From an uncultured Rikenellaceae bacterium (lineage in GTDB: Bacteria > Bacteroidota > Bacteroidia > Bacteroidales > VadinHA17): DNA of 64,000 nt. A program made the translations under genes and the position numbers. The stretch covers positions 2,883 to 66,882 of the forward strand of contig CAZWZQ010000002.1 of NCBI GenBank assembly GCA_964638955.1, given 5' to 3'. This document shows positions 8,114 through 18,561 of the stretch, one piece after another; positions within the stretch are counted from its first letter, which is position 1; every line of letters begins with the position of its first letter. Under the pieces are notes generated by a model. The model saw only the letters and a list, made by a program, of their open reading frames with translations. It had not been told where the DNA came from and made no database searches.

Positions 8114-10417
8114 ATGAAACGCGTGAAATTACCTCTTGTTTGTCTTGTAACATCATTATTATTTTTTATGATATTATTCTCTTGCAGTAAATCAAAGATT
8201 ATAAATCTGAAAATAAGTGAAATAAATAATTACCCTGTTTTGGAATTAACGAATTCCTGTGGCCCGGATATAATTATACAACCTGTATCGCGTGACACGG
8301 GGAGTATCGGATTTAAACTTGACGGGGAAGTCTTCTGGCTTTCCGGTAAGCCCGACCAGGAAGTAAATGATAAAGATTTAACAAAGTATACCTGGAACAT
8401 AAATACTGGTGACAACGTTGAACTTCAGATTATCAGACGCGAAGATGACCTCAACATTAAATTGTGTTATAATTCAAAAGAGAATCTTAAAAAGGCTGAA
8501 AAATGGCTTGTTAATATTAAAGCATCAGATAATGAGTATTTTACAGGAGCGTTGGAAAGAGTCGTGGATGGTGTTCAAAATAAATCATGGAGTGAAGATA
8601 TCGAAACAGCGATGAACTTACGAAATGAATTGGTGGAAATGAAAGTAAAACCGACAGTTGCCGCTTATGCTCCTTTTTACCTTTCATCGAATAATTATGG
8701 CCTTTTTGTACAGGGAACCTGGCCCGGTATATTTGACTTTTGTAAATCATATCCCGATATTGTACAGGTTGCGTTCGAGGGTCCTGAAATGTCATTTAAC
8801 GTTTATCTCGCGCCCTCACCAAAACAGATCATTCAAAAACATGCACTGGAAACAGGGCCATCCATTTTACTGCCAAAATGGGCATTCGGACCATGGCGCT
8901 GGCGCGATGAACACGAAAATAACAAAGTTTATTTTGACGGATCTAAAGTAAATGCTCCTTATAATTCTGATATTGTTGAAGATATCCTGATGATGCAGGC
9001 ATATGATATCCCCTGTACTGCATACTGGATCGATCGTCCATGGGGCCCGGGATCATTTGGTTATGATGATTTTGAGATTGATAATGAACGTTTACCGGAT
9101 TTCGAAGAAATGATTAAATGGCTAAACAGTAAAGATATTGAATTGATGCTATGGATTTGTCCCTGGGCTTATGGCAAGATGGCAGATGTGGCCAAAGAAA
9201 AAGGCTATGAACTTGTTTATAAAAATTTGAGATCGGGATTCAATATGCCCGGTTTCCCTGGCAGCCCGGGTGATGGCCAAAGAGGCAGGCCTCCCGTGCC
9301 GGCTGGTGCAAGAGATGGTAACGTGTCCCGTGAACCGGCTCCGGGGATACCCGGGATACCGGGAATACCTGATTCTGCCCGCGTGAGAAATATTCCCCGG
9401 GATTTCAGCCCCATGAGACAGGAACAAAACATGGCAGTTATGGATTTCACGAATCCCGAAGCAGCCAAATGGTGGGGTGAAATGGGCCCTGCCAAACTCG
9501 CTAAGATGGGTATCAAAGGCTTTAAACTGGATCGCGGTGATGGAGAAAGACTATGTGATTCCCTGAATTTGAAAACTTCTTCCGGGATCACTTATCGTGA
9601 AAACTATAACGACTATTGCCGGCAGTTTGTTAAAACAACATATGATGCTGTTAAACCGGTGTTAGGTGATGATTTTGTTTTATTCCCCCGTGCACAATAC
9701 ACCGGTTCAGCCAGGTATGGAGCTATGTGGGCCGGTGATACATACAGTTCTGATAAAGGATTACGCTCGGCAGTTATAGGATTGCAGCGTTGTGCCGTGA
9801 TGGGTTATCCTTTATGGAGTTCAGATGGCTGCGGATATACCGGTCAGGTTGATCGAGAAACGGCAATGCGCTGGATTGGATTTTCATGCTTCTCTCCTGT
9901 CATGGAGATAGGTCCTACAAATAATAAGGGATTTTGGGGATTGAACAGCGAACCCTCCTATGATAATGAACTGATTGCCGTGTGGCGTTTTTACTCGAAA
10001 CTGAGAATCAGTCTTGTCGATTATGCTTACAACCTGGCAAAAATTGCAAGCGAGACAGGAATGCCTGTTGCCAGACCTTTATTCATAGAATATCCTGAAC
10101 AGCAGGAAAGCTGGAACAACTGGGAAACTTATAAACTTGGAGATGATCTACTGGTAGCCGTTATCTGGGAAAAAGGAGAAACCCGGCAACAGGTTTATCT
10201 GCCGGCCGGGGAAACATGGATCGATCTATGGAATAATAAGCAGTATGAAGGAGGGCAATATATTGAAGTAAATGCCCCACTATATCAAACTCCTGTATTC
10301 CTTCGCGAAGGAAGCAATTTAATATTACCTGATTTTAGTGAATTATATGAAGAATCGGTTACTATTACTTCTGTTAAATATCAAATGAATCAATTGGAAA
10401 CCAAAGAAGAATGGTGA
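8114..10417 (+). CDS. Glycoside hydrolase family 31 lipoprotein (alpha-glucosidase/alpha-xylosidase type) carrying an atypical Pro/Gly-rich insertion
   Basis: 767 aa. The lipobox is LFSCSKS. GH31-like motifs are YWIDRPWGPG, ELMLWICPW, DFTNPEAAKWW, GFKLDRGDGE (compare the KTDFGE nucleophile region of YicI) and MWAGDTYSS. Confidence 0.85.
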   Translation: MKRVKLPLVCLVTSLLFFMILFSCSKSKIINLKISEINNYPVLELTNSCGPDIIIQPVSRDTGSIGFKLDGEVFWLSGKPDQEVNDKDLTKYTWNINTGDNVELQIIRREDDLNIKLCYNSKENLKKAEKWLVNIKASDNEYFTGALERVVDGVQNKSWSEDIETAMNLRNELVEMKVKPTVAAYAPFYLSSNNYGLFVQGTWPGIFDFCKSYPDIVQVAFEGPEMSFNVYLAPSPKQIIQKHALETGPSILLPKWAFGPWRWRDEHENNKVYFDGSKVNAPYNSDIVEDILMMQAYDIPCTAYWIDRPWGPGSFGYDDFEIDNERLPDFEEMIKWLNSKDIELMLWICPWAYGKMADVAKEKGYELVYKNLRSGFNMPGFPGSPGDGQRGRPPVPAGARDGNVSREPAPGIPGIPGIPDSARVRNIPRDFSPMRQEQNMAVMDFTNPEAAKWWGEMGPAKLAKMGIKGFKLDRGDGERLCDSLNLKTSSGITYRENYNDYCRQFVKTTYDAVKPVLGDDFVLFPRAQYTGSARYGAMWAGDTYSSDKGLRSAVIGLQRCAVMGYPLWSSDGCGYTGQVDRETAMRWIGFSCFSPVMEIGPTNNKGFWGLNSEPSYDNELIAVWRFYSKLRISLVDYAYNLAKIASETGMPVARPLFIEYPEQQESWNNWETYKLGDDLLVAVIWEKGETRQQVYLPAGETWIDLWNNKQYEGGQYIEVNAPLYQTPVFLREGSNLILPDFSELYEESVTITSVKYQMNQLETKEEW
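9344..9370. repeat. 9-bp tandem repeat x3 (GGGATACCC GGGATACCG GGAATACCT) encoding GIPGIPGIP
   Basis: Read directly from the sequence, inside the GC-rich insert of the GH31 gene. The opposite strand also reads GIPGIPGIP in one frame. Confidence 0.85.
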
Positions 10418-10704
10418 TACCCTGTATTTATCAGATAATCGAATTATATTAAGATCATAAATCCCCGCGATTAGAGACACAGAATAGACAATACTCAAAT
10501 CAGCAATTTAACAGATTTCGCGAATATGGTATTTTATGGTACTCCTCTTCAGGAAGAACTAAAGAAAAAGCTCTACACGAATCCCTATTTATCAATATTT
10601 AACACCTACTATGGAGGAACGGGAACCATGATGCCCTGGTTAAATTCTATCCCTCCCGCTAAAGCTGGACAGGCTATGTGACAATTAAAATAAATTATTT
10701 ACAC

Positions 10705-12849
10705 ATGAATTATTATCGCTTTCTTTCTTTCCTGCCCGTATTTCTTTTCATATTTCAAAGTGGTGAATCGCAAACCGGTAAAATAAACCGTGAAGAATTA
10801 GTAACCAGGCATGTTGTAAACATCGATTCTGTTAACATCCTGTCTCCTCTTACTGTCGGGAATGGCAAATTCGCTTTTACTGTTGATTTTACAGGTTTAC
10901 AATCATTCCCGGCATTGTATGAAAATGGCATCCCCCTTGGGACTCAATCTGAATGGGGTTGGCACAGTTTCCCGAATAATGAGGAATATACATTTGATGA
11001 AAGCCTGCAGAACTATGACTATTACGGTCGCCAGGTTCCGTTTTCAGTACAAATCCGGATGCCTGAGCGTGAAAGAAATGCAGTGGAATACTTTCGCCAA
11101 AATCCTCATCGTTTACACCTGGGTATTATCGGCCTGGATCTTTTTCATGCCGATAATTCGCCCGTGGCAGCTGATGAGATCAGTTCCATAAGCCAGACTC
11201 TCAATCCCTGGAACGGCGAAATTCATAGCACGTTTAATGTAGGTAAAGTACCTGTTGAAGTTATTACTTATTCTCATCAGGAAATGGATCTTGTATCCGT
11301 GAAAATCAAATCATCGTTAATTAAACAAGGATTAATGCATGTCAGAATAGCCTTCCCTTACCCTACAGGTCAACATACCGATTCGGGATGCAATTGGGGA
11401 CAGCCTGAAAAACACAGTTCTGAACTAAGTGCTTCATCAAGTTCTGCCGTGATAACCAGGGAAATTGATAATTCTTCATATTCAGTTCAACTGGAATGGA
11501 CAGGAACTGCAAAAATTTACGAAAAAGGGAAGCATGTCTTTTACCTGGATCCTGATCGCGGTCAGTCACAATTCACATTCATCTGTCTTTTTACTTCAGA
11601 AGCCGGTCCGGGGAAACTACCTGATTTCAAATCAACTGCTTTAAACAATAAAAAAGCATGGGAGAAATTCTGGATGAATGGCGGTGCAGTCGATTTATCA
11701 GGGAGTACTGATCCAAGGGCGTCAGAGTTGGAACGCAGGATCGTTCTTTCACAGTACCTGACAAAAGTCCAGTGTTCGGGAAATTACCCCCCACAGGAAA
11801 CAGGATTGACATATAACAGCTGGTATGGCAAATTCCACCTGGAGATGCATTACTGGCATGGTATTCATTTTGCTTTATGGAACCGTACCTATCTTCTTGA
11901 AAAAAGTCTTGATTACTATAACACTATCGCGGACAAAGCGAGGGAAACTGCTCAAAGACAAGGGTTTAATGGTCTTAGGTGGCCTAAGATGACTGATCCT
12001 GAAGGAAATGACAGTCCCTCCAGCGTGGGATCTTTTTTAATCTGGCAACAACCACATATTATATACATGACAGAACTCTGTTACAGGAATACCACCGATG
12101 AAGAAATTCTCCATAAATATTCAGGTATTGTTTTCGAAACAGCAGATTTCATGGCTTCTTTTGCCAGGTATGATTCTTTGAATAACAGGTACGTACTGGG
12201 GCCTTTGATGATTCCTGCCCAGGAAAGGTTCCCGGCAGCGAGCACTATTAATTCTCCTTTTGAACTGGCTTACTGGCATTGGTGTCTGACAATCGCGCAA
12301 AAGTGGAGGGAAAGACTTGGCCTGGGGCTAAAACCCGAATGGGATTCCGTGATAAAGTTCTTATCCCCCCTGGCCCAAAAAGATGGGCTTTATCTCTCAG
12401 CAGAAAGCGCTACCGATTCATACACGAATCCGCGATTGATGAGCGATCATCCCATGGTTACAGGAATTTTCGGCATGTTACCTAACAGCCCGCTTGTTGA
12501 TTATTCGACCATGAAAAACACTTTCAATTATGTATGGGAACATTGGCAATGGGCACAAACATGGGGATGGGATTTCCCGATGACTGCAATGACAGCCACC
12601 CGGCTTGGCATGCCTGATAAAGCGATTGATGCTTTATTCATGAATGTCACGACCAACACTTATCTGCCTAACGGTCACAACTATCAGAATCAGCGATTGC
12701 GCTTATACATGCCCGGCAATGGAGCCCTTTTAACATCCGTGGCAATGATGTGCGCCGGATGGGAAGGTGGCCCCGACATCTATGCCCCCGGATTTCCAAA
12801 AGACGGTAAATGGAAGGTGAAATGGGAAGGATTGACAAAAGTTCCTTAA
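10705..12849 (+). CDS. Secreted protein of unassigned family, probably an (alpha/alpha)6-type glycoside hydrolase
   Basis: The track ORF starts at GTG 10678. The ATG at 10705 gives a clean signal peptide (MNYYRFLSFLPVFLFIFQSGESQ). The N-terminal motif PLTVGNGKFAFTVDFTGLQSF recalls GH65/GH95-type N-domains. The Trp/His-rich central region (HLEMHYWHGIHFALWN, IWQQPHIIY) suggests a six-hairpin fold. The function is inferred only. Confidence 0.65.
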   Translation: MNYYRFLSFLPVFLFIFQSGESQTGKINREELVTRHVVNIDSVNILSPLTVGNGKFAFTVDFTGLQSFPALYENGIPLGTQSEWGWHSFPNNEEYTFDESLQNYDYYGRQVPFSVQIRMPERERNAVEYFRQNPHRLHLGIIGLDLFHADNSPVAADEISSISQTLNPWNGEIHSTFNVGKVPVEVITYSHQEMDLVSVKIKSSLIKQGLMHVRIAFPYPTGQHTDSGCNWGQPEKHSSELSASSSSAVITREIDNSSYSVQLEWTGTAKIYEKGKHVFYLDPDRGQSQFTFICLFTSEAGPGKLPDFKSTALNNKKAWEKFWMNGGAVDLSGSTDPRASELERRIVLSQYLTKVQCSGNYPPQETGLTYNSWYGKFHLEMHYWHGIHFALWNRTYLLEKSLDYYNTIADKARETAQRQGFNGLRWPKMTDPEGNDSPSSVGSFLIWQQPHIIYMTELCYRNTTDEEILHKYSGIVFETADFMASFARYDSLNNRYVLGPLMIPAQERFPAASTINSPFELAYWHWCLTIAQKWRERLGLGLKPEWDSVIKFLSPLAQKDGLYLSAESATDSYTNPRLMSDHPMVTGIFGMLPNSPLVDYSTMKNTFNYVWEHWQWAQTWGWDFPMTAMTATRLGMPDKAIDALFMNVTTNTYLPNGHNYQNQRLRLYMPGNGALLTSVAMMCAGWEGGPDIYAPGFPKDGKWKVKWEGLTKVP

Positions 12850-13037
12850 TACACCGTCAATATTTTGAAATCGGTTATTCCCAGGTAGGCCATTACCCGA
12901 GCCGGGACTTTATAAAATTCAATACGGTACTTCCTTGCAAATGCTGCACGTGACTTAGTGGATGAAGAAAAATAACCTCAATAATTCACTGTTTAACAAG
13001 AAAATGTAATTTTAATTCAACCGGGCTGGCAGAGCTT

Positions 13038-14966
13038 TTATCGCGAAAAGAGATCAGGTTCCTTCCACGACAGGAGATGTTTATCATCGATAAGTATCTT
13101 ATTGTGGTCGAGAAGCCAGCGAAGCACTTTAACCACCTTTTCTTCCGAATGACTGATTTTGCTTACAAGTTCCTGGGCATCGCACTTATGTTCAGACAGT
13201 ACATCCTTTATTTCATCAAGTATGAGATCAAACTCATATTTGCTCAGATCGAGTTCATTCCTCTCGCGGCATACATCACAGATACCGCACCTGTCTGATT
13301 CTTCACCAAAATAATCGAGCAGCATTACCGACCTGCATCTGGTGTTAAAATCTGCATAGTCGATCATCCTGTTAAGACGGATTATATGCTTATCCTTTAC
13401 ATTAAGGTAATTATCAGGAGAGATCATCAGTGCCTTTCTTTCGAGTCTCTCCTCGGTAAAAATAACCAGCGCTGTTTTCTTCCCTGGAATATACCTTATT
13501 ATGTTTAGTGTGGAGAGTTTCACAAGAAACTTGTATACAGCATCTCTTGACAATGCGGATTTTTTAGCCAGGGCCTCCTCATTTATAGCCACAAACTCGG
13601 AAAACATACCTGTATAGGACCTTAACAACAATTTAATGAATCCGTCAAATGATTCATTTGCAACCTGGAATTTATAAAGATCATCACGTCCAACAATAAA
13701 ATGGACCCTTGAGGGATTGTTTATTTCTTCAGTGAATTCGATGTAACCTTCTCTTTGCAGAAAATTCAGGCTGTTATATGTTTCAATAACCGGAAGATGG
13801 TATTTTGATACAAAATCGAACATATTGAAGTCAAACACATTATCTTTTCCTGAACCCTGTGGCACCTGCAGGTAATTGCACAAAGCCTCATATATGTCTT
13901 TAATTCTCTTCACAGGGGGGAATTTTCTTCGTACCGAATCTTCAAGATGTTTTTTATCGGAAGGTGAATAGAGGAGGACAGCATAGGCAGGTTTATTATC
14001 GCGGCCTGCCCTTCCGGATTCCTGGTAATAATCCTCAATGCATTCAGGTATGTCCCAATGAATTACGAACCTCACATCAGCTTTATCTATCCCCATTCCG
14101 AATGCATTGGTGGCAACTATAACACGGGTTTCACCGGTTGTCCATGCAATCTGTTTCTTATCCCTGAGCTCAACAGGCAGACCGGCATGATAAAAATCGG
14201 CGCTTATCCCGTTAGATACCAGCAGTTCCGCTATCTCCTTGCTCCCTTTTCTGCTTCTTACATATACTATACCGCAGCCCCTCATCTTTTTGAGGGTTCT
14301 AATTAGATAATTCCCCTTGTCCTCGACTCTCCTGACCAGGTAAGAAATATTTTTTCTTTCAAAACTTGTCTTAAGCACATTTTTTTCCCTGAAACCGAGC
14401 TTCTCTATTATATCATCAATCACAAGAGGTGTGGCAGATGCAGTGAGAGCAAGAAAGGGTACTTTATCTGATATCATGTCGCGTATTGATGCTATTTTCA
14501 GGTATGAAGGTCTGAAATCATATCCCCACTGCGATATGCAGTGCGCCTCATCAACAGCCACCAGGTTAAGGTTCAGACGCGGCAATCTTGTCTGGAAGAT
14601 CCTTGTTGATATCCTTTCAGGAGAAATATAAAGGAATTTGTAATCTCCGTATATGCTGTTTTCCAGGGCAATATCAATTTCTTCGGCCGACATTCCGGAA
14701 TGAATGGCCAATGCTCTTATCTCAAGTGAATTAAGCCTGTTGACCTGGTCTTTCATAAGTGCTATCAGGGGGGTTATCACAAGGCAGATTCCCTCATTTA
14801 CCAGTGCCGGCACCTGGAATGTGATTGATTTGCCTCCTCCTGTGGGCATCAGTCCCAGCGTATCCTTTCCCTCTGCAACCGATCTTATTATTTCCTCCTG
14901 CAGAGGACGGAAAGAGGTATATCCCCAGTATTTCGTAAGTACCTGCCTGTAGGATTCAATATTCAT
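13038..14966 (-). CDS. recQ: ATP-dependent DNA helicase, RecQ family
   Basis: 642 aa. Motifs seen: FRPLQEEII, Walker A MPTGGGKS, DEAH box VDEAHCISQWGYDFRPSY, and a RecQ Zn-binding region CDVC. Confidence 0.9.
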   Translation of the reverse strand: MNIESYRQVLTKYWGYTSFRPLQEEIIRSVAEGKDTLGLMPTGGGKSITFQVPALVNEGICLVITPLIALMKDQVNRLNSLEIRALAIHSGMSAEEIDIALENSIYGDYKFLYISPERISTRIFQTRLPRLNLNLVAVDEAHCISQWGYDFRPSYLKIASIRDMISDKVPFLALTASATPLVIDDIIEKLGFREKNVLKTSFERKNISYLVRRVEDKGNYLIRTLKKMRGCGIVYVRSRKGSKEIAELLVSNGISADFYHAGLPVELRDKKQIAWTTGETRVIVATNAFGMGIDKADVRFVIHWDIPECIEDYYQESGRAGRDNKPAYAVLLYSPSDKKHLEDSVRRKFPPVKRIKDIYEALCNYLQVPQGSGKDNVFDFNMFDFVSKYHLPVIETYNSLNFLQREGYIEFTEEINNPSRVHFIVGRDDLYKFQVANESFDGFIKLLLRSYTGMFSEFVAINEEALAKKSALSRDAVYKFLVKLSTLNIIRYIPGKKTALVIFTEERLERKALMISPDNYLNVKDKHIIRLNRMIDYADFNTRCRSVMLLDYFGEESDRCGICDVCRERNELDLSKYEFDLILDEIKDVLSEHKCDAQELVSKISHSEEKVVKVLRWLLDHNKILIDDKHLLSWKEPDLFSR

Positions 14967-14989
14967 TATTCTGAAACAGATGGCCTATA

Positions 14990-14997
14990 CAAAAATA
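14990..14997 (-). promoter_or_regulatory. Candidate -7 promoter box (TATTTTTG on the minus strand) for recQ
   Basis: Exact TAnnTTTG match, 24 nt upstream of the recQ ATG. Confidence 0.35.
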
Positions 14998-15095
14998 CAA
15001 TTGAATTTCTATTTTTTATGGTGAGCGACTGAATGATTATTTTATGAGTTGTTAATTTTTCGTAATTTGCGCAGCAAAACTTAATATCCTGTCCA

Positions 15096-16580
15096 ATGTC
15101 ATCATTCATAGAAGATAAAATATCATACGAGGGTTTAACATTTGACGATGTATTGCTTATTCCCTCATATTCAGAGGTTCTTCCGCGTGAAGTAGATCTG
15201 AGTTCAATGTTCACCAGGAATATCCGGCTCAACACACCGGTTGTTTCGGCTGCAATGGATACTGTTACTGAGGATGATCTGGCAATTGCCATAGCAAGGG
15301 AAGGCGGTATTGGCGTGATTCACAAGAATATGAGTATTGAAAGACAGGCAGCCCAGGTCAGGCGTGTCAAAAGGGCAGAGAATGTAATGATATTTGATCC
15401 GATAACAATAGGACTCGATGCCACTGTAGCGGAAGCGATAAGCCTGATGCATGAATACGGGATTGGCGGAATACCGGTAATTGACAAGGAGAGGATACTC
15501 AAAGGGATAGTGACTAACAGGGATCTCAGGTTTGAGAGTAATCGCAAACGTAAGATAACCGAAGTGATGACAACAAAACTGATCACTACCAACCATGAAA
15601 CCAACCTCGATGAAGCAGCAAGGATCCTGCGGAAACACAAAATAGAAAAGCTCCCAATGGTTGATGAGGCTGGAAAGCTCGTCGGACTTATTACCTACAA
15701 GGATATTACAAAGACAAAGGACCGCCCGAATTCATGTAAGGATGATAAGGGCCGTCTCAGAGTGGCCGGAGCAGTAGGCATTGCCGCTGATACACCCGAA
15801 AGAGTAACTGCGCTCATTGGTTCCAGTGTTGACGCCATCGTTGTTGATACAGCCCATGCTCACACAAAAAATGTTTTAAGGATATTAAGGGATATTAAAA
15901 AGAGCCATCCTGATACTGAAGTGGTGGTAGGAAACATAGGAACTGCCGAAGCTGCAAAAAAGCTTGTCAGCGAAGGAGCTGATGCCCTTAAGGTGGGAAT
16001 AGGTCCCGGCTCAATCTGCACAACAAGGGTAATTGCCGGGATTGGAATTCCACAGCTCTCAGCTATCTATAATGTTTACAAAGCGATTGAAGGCTCGGGA
16101 ATCCCCATAATAGCAGATGGCGGCATCAGATATTCAGGTGATATAATAAAAGCACTGGCCGCAGGAGCTGATTCTATAATGGCCGGATCACTCTTCGCAG
16201 GAGTGGAGGAGTCTCCGGGTGAGACAATAATCTTTAGTGGCCGTAAGTTTAAGTCATACAGGGGAATGGGTTCAATTGAGGCCATGCAGCAGGGATCAAA
16301 AGACAGGTATTTCCAGGATATTGAAGATGACATTCAGAAGCTTGTCCCGGAAGGCATTGCCGCAAGGGTGCCCTATAAAGGAACTCTCGCCGAAGTAATT
16401 TACCAGATGACAGGAGGTTTGAGAGCCGGGATGGGATATGTTGGAGCAAAAAACATAAGTGTTCTTAAGAAAGAAGCAAAGTTTGTCAGGATCACTAACT
16501 CGGGAATAATTGAAAGTCATCCCCATGATGTGTCTATAACAAGGGAATCTCCGAATTACAGCAGAAAGAGCATTGAATAA
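15096..16580 (+). CDS. guaB: IMP dehydrogenase
   Basis: 494 aa. N-terminus reads [22 protein letters not shown]. It has a CBS pair and the catalytic loop [11 protein letters not shown]. Confidence 0.95.
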   Translation: MSSFIEDKISYEGLTFDDVLLIPSYSEVLPREVDLSSMFTRNIRLNTPVVSAAMDTVTEDDLAIAIAREGGIGVIHKNMSIERQAAQVRRVKRAENVMIFDPITIGLDATVAEAISLMHEYGIGGIPVIDKERILKGIVTNRDLRFESNRKRKITEVMTTKLITTNHETNLDEAARILRKHKIEKLPMVDEAGKLVGLITYKDITKTKDRPNSCKDDKGRLRVAGAVGIAADTPERVTALIGSSVDAIVVDTAHAHTKNVLRILRDIKKSHPDTEVVVGNIGTAEAAKKLVSEGADALKVGIGPGSICTTRVIAGIGIPQLSAIYNVYKAIEGSGIPIIADGGIRYSGDIIKALAAGADSIMAGSLFAGVEESPGETIIFSGRKFKSYRGMGSIEAMQQGSKDRYFQDIEDDIQKLVPEGIAARVPYKGTLAEVIYQMTGGLRAGMGYVGAKNISVLKKEAKFVRITNSGIIESHPHDVSITRESPNYSRKSIE

Positions 16581-16602
16581 CAACCGGTCTCAACCACGTT
16601 TG

Positions 16603-18561
16603 ATGAAAGCAGGATCATCACTGTTGATTTTCATGCTGCCTGTTATCTGTCTGACACAGGATCTTTCAGATAAAATTCTAATGACTGTGGCCGGGAAAGA
16701 GGTACCTGCAGGGGAATTTATTAGAATGTACCGTAAAAGTAACGTAGCGGAAATCCCTTCAAATATTGACGATTACCTGCAGCAATATATAGTCTTTAAA
16801 CTGAAGATTGCCGATGCCATCAGTGAAGGACTGGATACGACAAAAGCATTCCGTAATGAATTTAACGGTTACAGGAATCAGCTTGCACAAAATTATCTTA
16901 CTGATACCGGGGTCAGGGAAAAACTACTGCAGGAAACATATAAGCGGTCACTTACTGAAATTAAAGCCAGGCATATACTGATCAGTTGCTCTCCCTCGGC
17001 AAAACCGGAAGATACTCTTACTGCCTGGCAAAAAGCTGAAGATATCAGGGAGAGAATCATTACAGGGGAATCTTTTGAACAGGTTGCCCGAGCTACATCA
17101 GATGATCCTTCAGTAAAAATAAATGGCGGAAACCTTGGCTATTTCACTGTTTTCCAGATGATAATGCCTTTTGAAGATGCTGTATATAATCTGAAAACCG
17201 GCGCAATATCAGATCCAGTCCGGACATCTTTTGGTTATCATATAATTCAGGTAACCGATAAAAGAGCCGCAAGAGGTAAGATACTTGTTGCACATATAAT
17301 GAAGGCTGCTCCGCCCGGAATCGGAGAAAATGAAGCTAAGAAAGCCGAAGAATCCATCAACTTGATTTATAAGGAACTCCAGGGAGGAACCTCTTTCAGT
17401 GAACTGGCATCCAGGTACTCCGATCATAAAGAATCAGCAGTTAATGGAGGAAAAATGAACTGGTTCGGAACGGGGGAGATAATAAGTGAATTTACTGAAG
17501 CAGCATTCTCAATACCCGATACGGGTCAATACACAAAACCTGTACGAACTCCCTACGGCTGGCATATAATAAAACTACTTAACAGAAAACCTCATGGATC
17601 GTTTGAACAAACCAGATCATACCTTGAAAGTAAGATCAATCAATCTCACCTCAATTCATTAAGCAAAAAATCCTTTACCGACAAGCTTAAGACAGAATAT
17701 AAGTACAGAATAAACCAACCGGCATACAGATGGTTCGTTAATAATAGCGATACACTTATTATACGGGGTCTGGCAAAATATAACAGGGCACAAATGCCTT
17801 CCGGTAATCTATATTCATTTGCAGATCAGCGTTTTACAACAAAAGAGTTCGCTGCATATATCGAAAAGAGGGGATTGATGATCATAACTGATGATCCTGT
17901 TTCATTTGTAAACCAGTCAATTGAGACCTGTGTATCCGATCAGATTATCAAATATGAAAACTCAATTCTGGAAACAAAATATCCCGACTTCCATTACCTG
18001 ATGAATGAGTTCCATGACGGAATTCTTCTTTTTGAAATATCTGGTAAAAAGGTTTGGAACCGGGTCAATGAAGACAGTACAGAATTAAAACGTTATTATG
18101 AGCAGCACAAACATGAAAATCTTACAAGAAAAGGAATAGAGGCCAAAATTTATACTCTGAAAAGCCCGGGGAAAGAAAAAAAGCTTTTATCAACATACAG
18201 GAAATATTCACGGAAAAAGGAGTGTGATGAACTTATGCTGGCAAAGTTTAACAATGATAATAATTCTGCCCTGGTAATAACTGAAGGACAATGGTTTACC
18301 GGAGATGATCCGGAACTGGAAAAGAATGAGTGGACTGAAGGAATGCAATTATATACAATTAACAGTTACCCTTCCATTATCGCAATAAGCAGGGTAATTG
18401 AACAGAAACCACTACCTTTTAAGGAGGTTGCGGGTAATATGCTGATGGGATACCAGGACTATCTTGAGTCAGAATGGATAGTGCAATTAAAGAGTAAATA
18501 CACCGTTAATGTTGATGACCGGGTTTTTCTTGAAATTAAAAAGAGTCTGAATAATGAATAG
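16603..18561 (+). CDS. Periplasmic parvulin-type peptidyl-prolyl isomerase (PpiD/SurA-like, two PPIase domains)
   Basis: The track start at 16573 is a TTG overlapping guaB. The ATG at 16603 gives the signal peptide MKAGSSLLIFMLPVICL. Two parvulin signatures are present, FGYHIIQV and YGWHIIKL. Confidence 0.8.
   Translation: MKAGSSLLIFMLPVICLTQDLSDKILMTVAGKEVPAGEFIRMYRKSNVAEIPSNIDDYLQQYIVFKLKIADAISEGLDTTKAFRNEFNGYRNQLAQNYLTDTGVREKLLQETYKRSLTEIKARHILISCSPSAKPEDTLTAWQKAEDIRERIITGESFEQVARATSDDPSVKINGGNLGYFTVFQMIMPFEDAVYNLKTGAISDPVRTSFGYHIIQVTDKRAARGKILVAHIMKAAPPGIGENEAKKAEESINLIYKELQGGTSFSELASRYSDHKESAVNGGKMNWFGTGEIISEFTEAAFSIPDTGQYTKPVRTPYGWHIIKLLNRKPHGSFEQTRSYLESKINQSHLNSLSKKSFTDKLKTEYKYRINQPAYRWFVNNSDTLIIRGLAKYNRAQMPSGNLYSFADQRFTTKEFAAYIEKRGLMIITDDPVSFVNQSIETCVSDQIIKYENSILETKYPDFHYLMNEFHDGILLFEISGKKVWNRVNEDSTELKRYYEQHKHENLTRKGIEAKIYTLKSPGKEKKLLSTYRKYSRKKECDELMLAKFNNDNNSALVITEGQWFTGDDPELEKNEWTEGMQLYTINSYPSIIAISRVIEQKPLPFKEVAGNMLMGYQDYLESEWIVQLKSKYTVNVDDRVFLEIKKSLNNE

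Noticed and set aside
9149-9591. Two antisense ORFs (92 and 124 aa) across the GC-rich GH31 insert, one also reading GIPGIPGIPG
   Set aside because: They are open only because the segment is GC-rich and quasi-palindromic. The sense frame is continuous with GH31 motifs on both sides, so the GH31 reading is preferred.
10526-10681. 51-aa ORF (MVFYGTPLQEELKKKLYTNPYLSIFNTYYGGTGTMMPWLNSIPPAKAGQAM) in the 287-bp gap before the unassigned glycosidase-like gene
   Set aside because: It has no recognisable motif, signal or promoter box. It may be a remnant or chance ORF and cannot be supported without homology or expression data.
15204-15640. Two overlapping minus-strand ORFs (144 and 106 aa)
   Set aside because: They are antisense to guaB, whose identity is unambiguous.
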